A stretch of 64,000 nucleotides of DNA from an uncultured Nitrososphaerota archaeon (GTDB lineage: Archaea > Thermoproteota > Nitrososphaeria > Nitrososphaerales > Nitrosopumilaceae): positions 128,001-192,000 of the forward strand of contig CAWGPD010000003.1 in assembly GCA_963824385.1 (NCBI GenBank), written 5' to 3'. Every line of letters starts with the position of its first letter. The stretch's first letter is position 1. Shown in pieces: positions 31,322 through 42,576 of the stretch. The position numbers were made by a program, and so were the translations under genes. The notes beneath the pieces were generated by a model. It was not told the origin of the DNA. It worked only from the letters and a program-made list of their open reading frames with translations, and made no database searches.

Positions 31322-31720
31322 TTAATCCAACAATTTGCCTGTTATGGCATCAACAAAATTAATCTGAGTACCGTTTTCTTTACTTGTTGAAAAACTGCAT
31401 TCCCAGGTGACTTCCCAGATGTATTCATTGTTCTGGTAATTCTTAAAGGGATAGCCAATGGCCAAAGACATGTCCTGCATAGTTTTCTCATCTACAGAAA
31501 ATATAGTATTATTTTTTACATGAAGCAAGTGTATGCCTACATTGTACAATTCACTAGTACTGTTGTCTTTACAAAGAGAATTCTGCATGGAAAAATCCAA
31601 CGCTTTTTGCTTGGATAAAAGATGCGGGCTTTGAATATAATCCACAACAATATACAGCCCGCCGATTATGGCTATGGAAAAAATACTGGTTGTTATAACA
31701 GTAATTGGTTTTATTCTCAC
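31322..31720 (-). CDS. membrane-anchored PepSY-like protein
   Basis: TM; YIWEV...FVDAITG. Confidence 0.6.
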   Translation of the reverse strand: MRIKPITVITTSIFSIAIIGGLYIVVDYIQSPHLLSKQKALDFSMQNSLCKDNSTSELYNVGIHLLHVKNNTIFSVDEKTMQDMSLAIGYPFKNYQNNEYIWEVTWECSFSTSKENGTQINFVDAITGKLLD

Positions 31721-31809
31721 TATACAGCATTGCTTTCTTATGATTTAACAACTTTCTAAAGCATCCGAGTTGAATAAAATCTTGCAAAAATTAGGATAAT
31801 TTTTTTAAA

Positions 31810-33537
31810 ATGAAAAAACAAAAGTCTTTAACAGTAAAAAAGACCTTTATATCATATTGGCTAGTACAAAGCTCTAAAACACTTCATACTCATTTTACAG
31901 AGATAGTTCTCGTTGTAATTATTATAGCTGCATTTCTTGTTGTATTTGCCATACTAGAGTTGAATCAATCAAGTATTACCGATTCTTTATTAAAAAAACA
32001 AGCAAACCAGCAATTAACAGTTAATCATGTAATTGCATTGGCAATTAGTTCCCAGTTGGAAGATGTTGAGACACAAATCGGAGACAGCGCAGTAGACTTG
32101 TCTGGTGTCAAGAATCTCTCACCAGACCAAACACATGGTATAATGGAAAACACATTTCAAAACATCCAACACGATTTTCCCGATGAAATTCTTTATCTTT
32201 TAGATAAAAACGATATCATAATTGATGGAGTAAATTACGATAACCTGACCTTTAATGATAAAAGTTTAGCATATAGAGCAGATATCAAAGCAATTCATTC
32301 CACTTTGAAAGAACAGGTCTCTGATGGTTTTTATGGCGTTGATGGAAAATTCAGAATTGCTGTATCGTATCCTGTTTTTGATACAAACAAGAATCTGATT
32401 GGAATTATAGGTGCAAGTACGCCATCTGAACTCTATTTTAGTACACTTGCAAATTCGTCAAACATACAATCACAATTTTTCAATATCTTAGACAAGAACC
32501 AGACATATCTTTCAACTCCTAGAAACTTTCTAATTGGCAGTAATTACTTTGGTGATAAAGTTCAATCATATTTTGGAAGAGACAATATACAGAACAAACA
32601 GTACAGCACAGTCTTTTCAGGTACTCCATCATCAGCCATCTATAATTTTGGTGGTGAGCGAATCAACACGGGATACCCAGTATATGTAAATGGTGAAAAT
32701 CAATATTTTGTCTTTGTTATCACTCCTACAGATTCAATCTACGCACAATCCAATTCTATCTTTTTTTCACAAATTATTGAATTGGGAATAGTTTTTGCAA
32801 TAACTTTACTCATCATATTATTTTCCATCAGAAAGAGTATTAATCTAATGAAAAAATTAGAGGAAACAAATGAACACCTACAAAAGGAAAAAGAACAGTC
32901 ATCCAAGCTTGCATCAATTGGGGAGAAAATGTCCCAAATGAGCCATAACATGAGAAATCCTCTTCATGTCATAATGATGAATGCAGAACTTGCCAATATG
33001 GCATCAAAAAATGACGGCAATGAAAAGATGATTGAAAAAAGTGAAGCCATCAAAAAGGCAGCAGATTCTATGCTTGCCCAGATAGAAGATCTCATGAATT
33101 TCATAAGAGATGAGACACTAAAATTACAAAAGAAATCACTAAATGAAATTTTAAACGATGCAGCAAGCCTTGTCAAAAAGCCAGATACTATAGAGATACA
33201 ACTTCCAGAAAAAGATATTATTTGTAAATGCGATCCTCACAAGATTCAAGTTGTATTCATGAATCTTTTTACCAATGCCATTGAAGCAATGGAAAACGTT
33301 GGAAAAATAACAGTAAGAACCAAGGAGACGGGCAAAAATGTAATCATAGAAGTAGAGAATTCAGGTGAGAGTATCTCCTCTGATGTAATGCCTAGAATTT
33401 TTGACCCGTTATTTACCACTAAAAAAAGAGGTACAGGCTTGGGACTGCCATATTGTAAAAATGTTATAGAACAGCATGGTGGAACAATATCTGTAAATCC
33501 CAATCCAACTGTCTTTACAATAACGCTGCCAAAATAA
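31810..33537 (+). CDS. membrane sensor histidine kinase with Cache-like domain
   Basis: 2 TM; SHNMRNPL H-box, NLFTNAIEA, FTTK.GTGLGL. Confidence 0.92.
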   Translation: MKKQKSLTVKKTFISYWLVQSSKTLHTHFTEIVLVVIIIAAFLVVFAILELNQSSITDSLLKKQANQQLTVNHVIALAISSQLEDVETQIGDSAVDLSGVKNLSPDQTHGIMENTFQNIQHDFPDEILYLLDKNDIIIDGVNYDNLTFNDKSLAYRADIKAIHSTLKEQVSDGFYGVDGKFRIAVSYPVFDTNKNLIGIIGASTPSELYFSTLANSSNIQSQFFNILDKNQTYLSTPRNFLIGSNYFGDKVQSYFGRDNIQNKQYSTVFSGTPSSAIYNFGGERINTGYPVYVNGENQYFVFVITPTDSIYAQSNSIFFSQIIELGIVFAITLLIILFSIRKSINLMKKLEETNEHLQKEKEQSSKLASIGEKMSQMSHNMRNPLHVIMMNAELANMASKNDGNEKMIEKSEAIKKAADSMLAQIEDLMNFIRDETLKLQKKSLNEILNDAASLVKKPDTIEIQLPEKDIICKCDPHKIQVVFMNLFTNAIEAMENVGKITVRTKETGKNVIIEVENSGESISSDVMPRIFDPLFTTKKRGTGLGLPYCKNVIEQHGGTISVNPNPTVFTITLPK

Positions 33538-33605
33538 TCATTATGCTATAATTCAAAATACTAGTCTTGAACAACTTACCACAGCGTTTGAGTTAAATCC
33601 AGATT

Positions 33606-34565
33606 TTATTTTTTAACGTAAAGTGCATTCTGATCTTTATCATATCCAAGATCTGCCATGGTGATAACCCTAAATCCATTGTCATGGAGATAATTCATCT
33701 CCTGGGCAAACAAGCTAACATCAGTGTTATAGTCTGATGACTTGAAATCAACATTATGGTATGCAATGACTGGAAATGCTACCATCGTTCCATGCTTGTT
33801 TAGTATTGTTGCTTGATTTACTTCCCCAACAAATGTATTGAATATGCTCTTGTCGTCATGAGCGTATAGTATGTCATAATAATTATGATCCCACATTCTT
33901 ATAGAATACCTGTTGGCAAAAGTCAACTTGCCGTCATCAGAATATGTCCTACAATCTGTCTGATTTGAAAATGTCTGCCACCCATCACAATGCAGATACA
34001 TCTCAGGGGCATATCCATCTCTTGCAAAAGAATAGTATTTTGATACTATATTCACTATTGTCTTATTGTTCCAGATATTTCCATAAGGTGAGGCAAAGAT
34101 TGTCGTATTGATGTTATGTTGAGCAAAGCCTTTCTGAGAACCTCCTATTTCATAATCAAGCTCTGACACGGACATCTTTGTCAAGTCCTGATGGTCCATG
34201 GTATGTGATTCTATATCATAGCCGTTCTTTTGCAATGTTGCAATGTCATCCCATGTCATCCTGGTATTGTCTTGACCCAAAAAGTCATAGACTGAAAAAA
34301 ATGTCGCTTTAAAACCGCATTGGTCCATTATTGGTACCGCATAAGAGAACTGGCTCTTTCTGCTGTCATCAAATGTTAAAATTATAACTTTGGAATAATC
34401 AGTTGAAGCATTGCTGTTCTTACATGTGTGGGATAGTATGTTGGCAAGATTTTTTCCAGAATTATAATTATCAATAATCTGCAAGGGATTTATTAGAACC
34501 ACAATTATTCCAGCTGCAATTATAATTACAATCAAGATCTTGTTGGCAATTTCATAATTTAACAC
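33606..34565 (-). CDS. polysaccharide deacetylase (CE4/NodB)
   Basis: LTFDD, KATFF, ESHTMDH, PYG. Confidence 0.9.
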   Translation of the reverse strand: MLNYEIANKILIVIIIAAGIIVVLINPLQIIDNYNSGKNLANILSHTCKNSNASTDYSKVIILTFDDSRKSQFSYAVPIMDQCGFKATFFSVYDFLGQDNTRMTWDDIATLQKNGYDIESHTMDHQDLTKMSVSELDYEIGGSQKGFAQHNINTTIFASPYGNIWNNKTIVNIVSKYYSFARDGYAPEMYLHCDGWQTFSNQTDCRTYSDDGKLTFANRYSIRMWDHNYYDILYAHDDKSIFNTFVGEVNQATILNKHGTMVAFPVIAYHNVDFKSSDYNTDVSLFAQEMNYLHDNGFRVITMADLGYDKDQNALYVKK

Positions 34566-34653
34566 AAATACGCAATTTGTTTTGGCATTAAAATTTCTTT
34601 ATGCCCAAGATTTGGTAATCTCCTAAAATGTTTTTTTAACTTGCAGACGTATG

Positions 34654-34878
34654 TTAGTGATATGTCCAAATGTTGCCTGCGTGAATACTTGATACTGTAT
34701 ACTTTGTATTATGTAATGAACCTTTTTGAACCGAGAGATATTTTGTTTTCATAGTGCCATCAGAGTTTAACCAATTATGTGGCATTCCTTTTGCCTCTGC
34801 AGAATGTATCAAGAAATGACTCCCAGTACCTACTACTGGGACAAGTATGGCAAGACTTGTAATTATTGTCTTATTCAT
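34654..34878 (-). CDS. small secreted protein
   Basis: signal peptide ending SAEA. Confidence 0.55.
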   Translation of the reverse strand: MNKTIITSLAILVPVVGTGSHFLIHSAEAKGMPHNWLNSDGTMKTKYLSVQKGSLHNTKYTVSSIHAGNIWTYH

Positions 34879-35428
34879 GGTTATTGTACATTATAATTAC
34901 AGATATTTCCATGCGTGTACGACATGAACATGTAAGATTCAATTTTTACTTGGTATTGAAAATCTTTAAGATCAATTATATCTATATCATAATGTGGATG
35001 ACAATGAAAAAGAATTCAAGTGTAAGGAATGCGGTACGATATTTAATGACCGGGAGCATTTTGAGAGGCATAAACAAGTACACAAGACAAAACATAGTGG
35101 ATTTGTGCAAAAATGGTATTGGGACAACTGATTATACTTGAAATATCTTAAGGAAATTTTTCTCATACATAATAGCAGTTTTTAATAATTAACAAAAGCT
35201 TGTTTGGAAAATACAAACCATTATGCAAATACAAGTTATCTGTTGTATATGACGAACATCGTAATATGTGCCATCACGGGGTACAAGTTAATCAGTCTCT
35301 AGAGTCTGTGCAAGAGATTGCTTAACTATACCTAATTTTTTCAATTATGCATAAAGAAATTTCCTAACACCTTTGAGTTAGATGTGTGATTGGAAAATCT
35401 TTAAGATTGTAATCCCAGAAATGAGACT

Positions 35429-36025
35429 ATGGATGAAAAACTAGTCAGCATTATAGCAGTAATTGCCATAGTGGGAATTGCAAGTATATTGATAATACCT
35501 CAAGTACCTCACTCCTCACATGTGACTAGCGTGCCTGTTCCAAAGGCAGTACCTGCGTCTATTCCAGCACAAACACCTCCCAAAGTAACACAGCCAACTA
35601 TGCCCACATTAACATCTCAAGAGTTTGAAGACAGGCTTACACAGATTCAAGCCGGACTTGCAAACGGAACTCAGAATTTGGACATGTATTTGACACAATA
35701 CAAAGAGGGAAAAATCTCAAAAGAGCAGATGCTCAATATGACTGATAGGCACATATCGATAATGCAAAACATTCTTCCACAATATGACAGGCTAAACCCG
35801 CCAGAACTTTTCAAACAGTCATTACAGTTGTTCCGACTTTCTACACAGATGGAGATTGCAAGTGACAAGGCACTAAGAGAATGGGTTGTAACAGGAGATA
35901 ATGCAACATATGCCAAGTCAGACCAGTTGTTGCAACAGTCATTCCAGTACGAGACAAATGCACTCCAGTCTTATAATGATGCACTCAATGGAAATGATAT
36001 AATGGATTCCTTGCCAGTTGTATGA
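35429..36025 (+). CDS. membrane-anchored helical protein
   Basis: TM, Pro-rich linker, helical bundle. Confidence 0.75.
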   Translation: MDEKLVSIIAVIAIVGIASILIIPQVPHSSHVTSVPVPKAVPASIPAQTPPKVTQPTMPTLTSQEFEDRLTQIQAGLANGTQNLDMYLTQYKEGKISKEQMLNMTDRHISIMQNILPQYDRLNPPELFKQSLQLFRLSTQMEIASDKALREWVVTGDNATYAKSDQLLQQSFQYETNALQSYNDALNGNDIMDSLPVV

Positions 36026-36112
36026 GATAAAATCAAGTTTTACAAATCTGATATCTTGCAATACTCATCATACTTCCTTTTGAGTTAGATCAAATTTGGA
36101 TTCAAAAGACTA

Positions 36113-36189
36113 GCATACTCGATCGGTTATGTCCTAAGGAGTTTTTCCTTAGAACACGAACCGTTTTCGTGTGCAGTATTAGAGTCTGC
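36113..36189 (-). ncRNA. candidate novel structured small RNA, copy 2
   Basis: homologous to 11392..11473 with structure-preserving changes. Confidence 0.6.
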
Positions 36190-36307
36190 ACAAGTAATTG
36201 TACTACACAAATACAAAAGACCATGTCTGTTTATAATAAAATCAATGGAATTTATTCAGAATTTCATTATAGCAAGTCTTATGAGCTAATACGTCAATGG
36301 GCTTTGG

Positions 36308-36595
36308 ATGGTCTCTATTGATGAAGATAACAAGACTGCGTTTATAGTTTGTATCGAGGTGGTCTTGATGAAAAGAGGAGATGCCCACTATAATCTGGTA
36401 CTAGCTAAACTCAGGGCTCGCTATGACTGTGGGATTCACGAATGTGTAGATCGTCCCGAATACTTGAAGGCTGTAATGAAAGATGTATACAAAGACAAGT
36501 ACAATGATGTTTTAGATGCATTAAGTCTTGAAAGTGAAAAGCTGGAAGATATAGATGAATTCAAGGATGAATTTTTCAAATTTATGAAGAACTAA
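36308..36595 (+). CDS. 'DCYEHPEYL' family (NitrOD5-like) protein, paralog 3
   Basis: CIEVVLMKRGDAHYNLV...ECVDRPEYLK. Confidence 0.8.
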   Translation: MVSIDEDNKTAFIVCIEVVLMKRGDAHYNLVLAKLRARYDCGIHECVDRPEYLKAVMKDVYKDKYNDVLDALSLESEKLEDIDEFKDEFFKFMKN

Positions 36596-36610
36596 TTATT
36601 GTGATTATAG

Positions 36611-36889
36611 TCACTTCATACTGCTGACAAGCATTATGAGCAGTGCACTAGCCACTATTGCAGCTGACCACGGTACAGGACCATAGTATTTTTTCCCAAG
36701 TTTTCCTTTTTTGGTGTTAAAGACCATCCATATCAAAAATGGAACAATCCAAAATATGGATGAAGAATGAGCAGTCTTCAATATCTCATAATTTACAAAA
36801 AATATACAAGCAACAGATGCAACTGCAACAAGTGTAACTATACCAAAATGCTTCTTGTTCCAAGGCACTAGATTGCTATCTGACTTCAT
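36611..36889 (-). CDS. small three-TM protein
   Basis: hydrophobic segments. Confidence 0.6.
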   Translation of the reverse strand: MKSDSNLVPWNKKHFGIVTLVAVASVACIFFVNYEILKTAHSSSIFWIVPFLIWMVFNTKKGKLGKKYYGPVPWSAAIVASALLIMLVSSMK

Positions 36890-37226
36890 ACTCTAGTAAA
36901 ATTATTCCATACTATAACACATTCGGTTAGCCTATCTTTTTTTACTAGACATCTTAAGTCCTAATTATAACAATTTAGTCCATGAGCAAAACATCAAACA
37001 AAGCAAAGAAAAGAAAAAAAGAGCAAGATAAAGCCAAATCGAAATAATTCTCTTACCAATGCAGCGATCTGCAAAGGTTTGCTACTGTACACTTTGATCT
37101 AGTAATTTGCTTGAAAAGCATGTTTTTTCAGACTATATCATTAGATTTATCATTAAAAAATTCTAGCAAAAAGGCAACAATTAGCGACTAACTTAGTATA
37201 ATGACTTGAGATGTGCCTAAACCAGT

Positions 37227-37352
37227 ATGGCAAAAAGATCACACGCATCTTATGTAGCAGCAGGAAAGAAGTCTGCAAAGAAAAGAACTCATGCATCTTA
37301 TGTAGCAGCAGGAAAGAAAGGTGCAAAGACTAGAAAAAGAAACGGTAACTAG
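37227..37352 (+). CDS. basic tandem-repeat microprotein (41 aa, KGG-motif-like), not in ORF track
   Basis: MAKRSHASYVAAGKKSAKKRTHASYVAAGKKGAKTRKRNGN; TATA-like TATAAT ~30 nt upstream. Confidence 0.75.
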   Translation: MAKRSHASYVAAGKKSAKKRTHASYVAAGKKGAKTRKRNGN

Positions 37353-37353
37353 A

Positions 37354-37701
37354 TTATTTTAATGCGTTTCTAATATTTTTTATTATATCTAACGAAGCCT
37401 CAGGCGACCATGTTAGTAATAACATGTACCTGTCCCCAATAGGCATTGTTAGTCTACAGAGATTGTCATATACTGCAAGCACATAATGATTTTTCCCAAG
37501 CTTGGCACTTAGCTTCTCCCGAACCTTCATTGCATTGATTGCATAAATTACTGCTTCCCTATGTTCGTCTTCGTTGAGTAAAGGTTTGACACCTTCTCGG
37601 ATTTGTGTTGCAAGCACTTGCCCCTCCATGTCGCAGACTGTAGCATAACGTATGCGCTCATCTGACTTCATGACTAAACCTAGCATCTCTTGTGCACTCA
37701 T
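37354..37701 (-). CDS. Roadblock-like (DUF6659-like) protein
   Basis: IRYATVCDMEG...REGVKPLL...LGKNHY. Confidence 0.75.
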   Translation of the reverse strand: MSAQEMLGLVMKSDERIRYATVCDMEGQVLATQIREGVKPLLNEDEHREAVIYAINAMKVREKLSAKLGKNHYVLAVYDNLCRLTMPIGDRYMLLLTWSPEASLDIIKNIRNALK

Positions 37702-37799
37702 TGGTATAGATATGATACAGTGGAATAAAAACAACATGCCACTTCTAATCCAAAAAGACAATACGAAATTTTAATAATTTTGGCATAGCATGAAACTCA

Positions 37800-38877
37800 T
37801 TGCCTGTTGACATTCCAAGAACGATCAACCGAGTAGGAAAATGGTCCTTAAACAGGCTAGTGGGAAAAAGAAGGCCAATTATTGGTGTCTTTAGCCTGAC
37901 TCACTATTGCAATTATTTCTGTCCCATGTGTCCGTTTGGGGATTCTGACAAACAAGGACAATTAAAGACTGCAGCCAAAAATGACCTGACAACAGACCAG
38001 TGGAAAAATATATTTGATAAAGTATCAGAGTACTGCATCTGGTGTATTGTAGAAGGCGGAGAGCCAACTAGCCGCCCTGACTTTATGCAATTAATCCGTC
38101 ATCTGTATTCATTAAAGATGCCAGTGACTCTGATCACAAACTGTTCATTATTACATACTATAGATATTGATGAACTAAAAAAATACATCCAGTTTATTAC
38201 ATGCAGTATTGATTCTGTTTTTGAAGAACCATACTGCAAGGTCAGAGGTGTTACGCCTCAGACATATCGTAAAGTAATGGATAATCTAAAAATGCTAACA
38301 GCGCATGATGTACCCCATTACTTTAATTCTGTTATAACGAAATACAACACTCAAGAATTTCTTGACGGAACATATTTTGCAAAGACAAAAGAACTTGGAG
38401 TAAGTGCAGTGTCTCTAACATTTGTTGAAGACCGCTCTGATGTTAATTACTCATTACTTCCAGACCGAGACACGATAAACAAAATCTGTATATCTGTAAT
38501 AGAGCACATCAAATCAAGACAAGACCCTCAGATCATGCTTCCAGTACAATACTTTGAACAGATTCTAGAACATGGAAGGGGCGTCTTTGATGAGTGCGGA
38601 GTATGGAAGAGCATATTTGTAAATGGTAACGGCACTGTAATGGTTCCCTGCTGGAAGTATAACGATCCAAAAAATACTTACAGACTTGCTTGAAAAAAGT
38701 GTTGCAGAGATCTGGGATGCTCCCCAGTGGGATATTGCAAAGACATGTCATGACTGTCAGGTACTTGGCTGCATATGGTATTCATCCCAGCCAACTACTA
38801 CATTTGCCCAGAACTACATGCGGGGGCTATCCAAGATGATAAGCAGACATGCCCCTGAAATTTCTAAAGATATCTAG
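37800..38877 (+). CDS. radical SAM protein with SPASM/twitch domain (frameshift at ~38684)
   Basis: CNYFCPMC, GGEP, CGVW..VNGNG.V.PC, CHDC..C. Confidence 0.9.
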
Positions 38878-39018
38878 GAATTATATCTTCAAGTAAAAAT
38901 TGACGGATGGCAATTTGTTCAGTGTTTGATTGTACAGGACAAGCAGGCACATATTGGTATTTTTGATCAATTCCAGCTTGAACAAAAATTGGAATTTGAC
39001 TCGTGGAGAGGCTCCTAA

Positions 39019-41034
39019 TTGGCTACAACGCCCGGCATGGACAAAAAACGTATCCTTGATGATAAACCAACGACTGGTGAAAATTTATCCCAAATCCAAT
39101 CTGAGCAGATTGAAAAAAAATATCATGATCTGTATGAAAATATACCATGTCTGTTGCGCTCTGTAACACTAGATGGAATTATCTTTTCATGCAACGAATT
39201 ATACCTACAAACTCTAGGATACAAAAGAGACGAAGTTATTGGAAGATCAGTCTTTGAGCATACTGCAAAACAGAGCATAATTGCATTGCAAGAAGAGATT
39301 GTAAATTGGAAAAAGACTGAAAAAATTTCTAATAGGGAGATCTGGATGCAGAAAAAAGATGGCACTATATTTCCAGTTGTACTAAACGGAACAAATCTTT
39401 ATGACAAGGCTAGTAAACTAATTGGAAGAACCGGTGCCTTAGTTGATCTCTCTGAAATTTATAATGCAAGACAAGTAATAGAACAAGAACAAGATGTTAT
39501 ACAAAAACAATTTGAGCAGCTAAGAAAAGCGCACAAGAGTTTAAAAGAGACAGAGCACAAGTACAGAAATTTATATGAAAACTCACCAGATCTTTTGCGA
39601 ACAATAGATGCTGATGGAATAATTCTTGACTGTAACAACTCTTATTGTAAAAAACTAGGATATGAAAAAAATGAAGTTATAGGAAAATCTGTCTATGATT
39701 TTGTATCTCCTTCAAGTTATGACGCATTTAGAGATTCATTTGAGACCTGGAAGACAACTGGCAAGGTATCAAACAAGATTGCCTGGTTTAAAAGAAAAGA
39801 CGGCACAATATTTCCAGGCCTGATTAGTGCCAAGAATTTGTATGATGAGAATAAAAAACTCGTTGGAAGCAACACCAACATCAGAGATGCAACAGAGATT
39901 TACAATATTAGAAAGAACTTGGAGGAAAATGAAAAGAAACTTCAATTACAAAATGATAAACTCACAATTGCATATGATCACCTCTCAGAAATAGAGCAAA
40001 GGTATAGGACTCTATACGAGCAATCCCCTGATCTTGTAAGAACAATTGACATGAACGAGGTCATAACTGATTGTAATGAAAAATATGCTACTGCAACAGG
40101 TTACCCAAGAGACGAGATTGTAGGAAAATCACTATTTGAGCATCTTGCAAGGAGAAGCTACGAAGATATGAGACAAGCCTTGGAGGAGTTTCACCGTACT
40201 GGACATATCAACAATAGAGAGATATGGATACAAAGAAAAGATGGCTCTGAATTTCCAACACTACTTTTATCAACTAATCTTTATGACAAGGATGGTAAAC
40301 TGTGCGGGCGTATTGGAAATCTAAGAGATATGTCTGAAATATATTTTACGAAAAAAGAGCTTGAAGAACAAAAGATCAAGCGACTAACTGCAATAGGTGA
40401 ACTTTCTGCAAGAGTTGCCCACGATCTTAGAAATCCGCTTTCAATTTTATTAAATACAATTGCAATAATGAAACTAAAAAATCCAGAATTTGAGAAAAAT
40501 AATAAAGAAAAATTTGAGAGAATTGACCGCTCGATAAAAAGAATGTCACATCAATTAGAAGAAGTTATGGACTATGTTACACCAAAACCTCTGGACCTTA
40601 AAAATTCATCATTGGTTGAAATTATAAAATCTGCGCTTTCTAATGTCTCAACTACCGAAGTCCAAGTGGAAATGCCTGAAAATGATATGTCCATGTTATG
40701 TGACTCTGAAAAATTAGAAATAGTTCTGACTAATCTTATACTAAACGCAGTTCAGGCCATGAAAAACTCGGGAAAAATTTTCATTAGAATAAACAAAGAG
40801 CAAATAGATCAAAATAGTTTTGCTGTTATTGAAGTAGAAGATACAGGTCCTGGAATACCTGATGAAGTTTTACCCAAGGTGTTTGATCCGTTATTTACTA
40901 CAAGACAAGTAGGTACTGGCTTGGGACTGGTAAGTTGTAAAAGCATAATGGAAAAGCATGGTGGAACAATCTCAATCAAGACCAAAGTTGGAGAGGGTAC
41001 GACCTTTATCATAAAAATACCTATTCCCAAATAG
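39019..41034 (+). CDS. cytoplasmic histidine kinase with three PAS domains
   Basis: three LYE..PDL.RT..PAS/PAC repeats; AHDLRNPL; GTGLGL. Confidence 0.95.
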   Translation: MATTPGMDKKRILDDKPTTGENLSQIQSEQIEKKYHDLYENIPCLLRSVTLDGIIFSCNELYLQTLGYKRDEVIGRSVFEHTAKQSIIALQEEIVNWKKTEKISNREIWMQKKDGTIFPVVLNGTNLYDKASKLIGRTGALVDLSEIYNARQVIEQEQDVIQKQFEQLRKAHKSLKETEHKYRNLYENSPDLLRTIDADGIILDCNNSYCKKLGYEKNEVIGKSVYDFVSPSSYDAFRDSFETWKTTGKVSNKIAWFKRKDGTIFPGLISAKNLYDENKKLVGSNTNIRDATEIYNIRKNLEENEKKLQLQNDKLTIAYDHLSEIEQRYRTLYEQSPDLVRTIDMNEVITDCNEKYATATGYPRDEIVGKSLFEHLARRSYEDMRQALEEFHRTGHINNREIWIQRKDGSEFPTLLLSTNLYDKDGKLCGRIGNLRDMSEIYFTKKELEEQKIKRLTAIGELSARVAHDLRNPLSILLNTIAIMKLKNPEFEKNNKEKFERIDRSIKRMSHQLEEVMDYVTPKPLDLKNSSLVEIIKSALSNVSTTEVQVEMPENDMSMLCDSEKLEIVLTNLILNAVQAMKNSGKIFIRINKEQIDQNSFAVIEVEDTGPGIPDEVLPKVFDPLFTTRQVGTGLGLVSCKSIMEKHGGTISIKTKVGEGTTFIIKIPIPK

Positions 41035-41087
41035 GTAGAAACAAAATTATTTTCCAGTCTTTCAAATTCAAAAGATCTGGAAGAGAT

Positions 41088-42434
41088 TTGGAACAAGTCT
41101 TAACTATAAAATTCAAGTCTATGAGTATAATGACATACAAAACTCGTAGCTTGGCAGTTCTTTTGATTCTGCCGTTGCTTTCCATGTCTGCAATAACTGG
41201 CTTTATTCCGTCTGTAAATGCACTAACTCAGAGAGACTTGAGCATACTGAACGACCAACCTCTTACTGCAACATTTGGAAACACTCCGGTATGTGGAGAT
41301 CACATATGCAACCAAGGTGAATCTGCCATGATGAAACTTGAACTCAGCCAAGCACAGAAAGGAAAAACATCTACTACAATGCCTGAACAAATGATGAGCC
41401 AAAATTCATCCATGTCAAATGAAATGTCAAACTCTATGACAATGCAGTCAGACCAGGGCATGACTTTAAAGTTATCAAACGCAAATCTCCCAATTGTTAT
41501 TCCATTGGTCAAGGGATTGTTTGAAGGACAAGATGTATTCTATATAACAACTGAGGCGTCTGATTCGACAATAGCAAGTGCACTATCTAACTTCACAAAC
41601 TTTCCTGTAACATTTGCACCTGCATTAGGAAAGGCACCAACTACCTCACTTGCAAATATCTATGCATTCAAAAATGGAATCAATGGAGGAGGCGTGCTAG
41701 GATTTCAGCCAAATGTTGTTGATTCAATTCCAGGACAGGCAAATTATAGTCCACTATGGAAGATAAATCTTGTACAATGGAATGATCCAACAAACGCAAC
41801 AGTTCTTGGCTCTGAAAGTGATATCATGAATGCATTTAATGCAGGAAAGCTAACAATCATGCCAACAACAATAGTTGTCAATTGTCCAATTGTACAGTGG
41901 GGTGGAAGCATGGATGGAACTATTCCAGCAGGTCACATGAAATTACGCGACAGTATAAGCGAGTCTGGCTCTTACGGAAGTGCCCAAGTGTTAAACATAG
42001 ACATTGACAAGATGCAGGTAACTTTTGTAGCTCATAGGGGATTTGCACCCGACGGTTCTACAATTTACTATGTTGCAACTGATGCATCACAAGAGGGTCC
42101 AGCAGATGCACTTGGAATTGTATTTGCAAACAAGACTCAAAATACGATTGCAACAAGTTCAGCAGCTGATCTATATCAATTTTCTAACGGTATAGTTGGT
42201 AGCGGACCTCTTGGATTTCAATCAGGAGTAGCAAGTGCAAAAGAGGGAGACCAGTACTATTCCCCGATGTGGAGAATACAGGTGGTTACATGGAAAGACC
42301 CAACGATGGCAACCGTGCTTGAAAACACTCACGACTTGACAAGCAAAAGTGATCTAACGGATACAATGGCGGCAGGCTTTGTTGTCAACTGTCCATTCTT
42401 TAGCGTAGATACTGTGTATGCTCACATGAAGTGA
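41088..42434 (+). CDS. secreted protein with two YSP(L/M)W/VNCP repeat domains
   Basis: signal peptide, CGDHIC motif, Met-rich linker, duplicated YYI.T.AS...YSPLW...VNCP. Confidence 0.75.
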   Translation: MEQVLTIKFKSMSIMTYKTRSLAVLLILPLLSMSAITGFIPSVNALTQRDLSILNDQPLTATFGNTPVCGDHICNQGESAMMKLELSQAQKGKTSTTMPEQMMSQNSSMSNEMSNSMTMQSDQGMTLKLSNANLPIVIPLVKGLFEGQDVFYITTEASDSTIASALSNFTNFPVTFAPALGKAPTTSLANIYAFKNGINGGGVLGFQPNVVDSIPGQANYSPLWKINLVQWNDPTNATVLGSESDIMNAFNAGKLTIMPTTIVVNCPIVQWGGSMDGTIPAGHMKLRDSISESGSYGSAQVLNIDIDKMQVTFVAHRGFAPDGSTIYYVATDASQEGPADALGIVFANKTQNTIATSSAADLYQFSNGIVGSGPLGFQSGVASAKEGDQYYSPMWRIQVVTWKDPTMATVLENTHDLTSKSDLTDTMAAGFVVNCPFFSVDTVYAHMK

Positions 42435-42576
42435 GGTACACTTTCTCTTTTTTATTTTAGAACGTCTAGAAATAATTTATCTATTTTTTACTTTGACATG
42501 TATATACTCTATACCTGAGAATCAGACTAGAATATCTACTTGATAATTTATAACTTGAAATCACCATTATTTCCCC

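Noticed and set aside
34866..35141. Track ORF 34866..35141
   Set aside because: Overlaps the start of a divergent gene and has low-information composition; likely intergenic.
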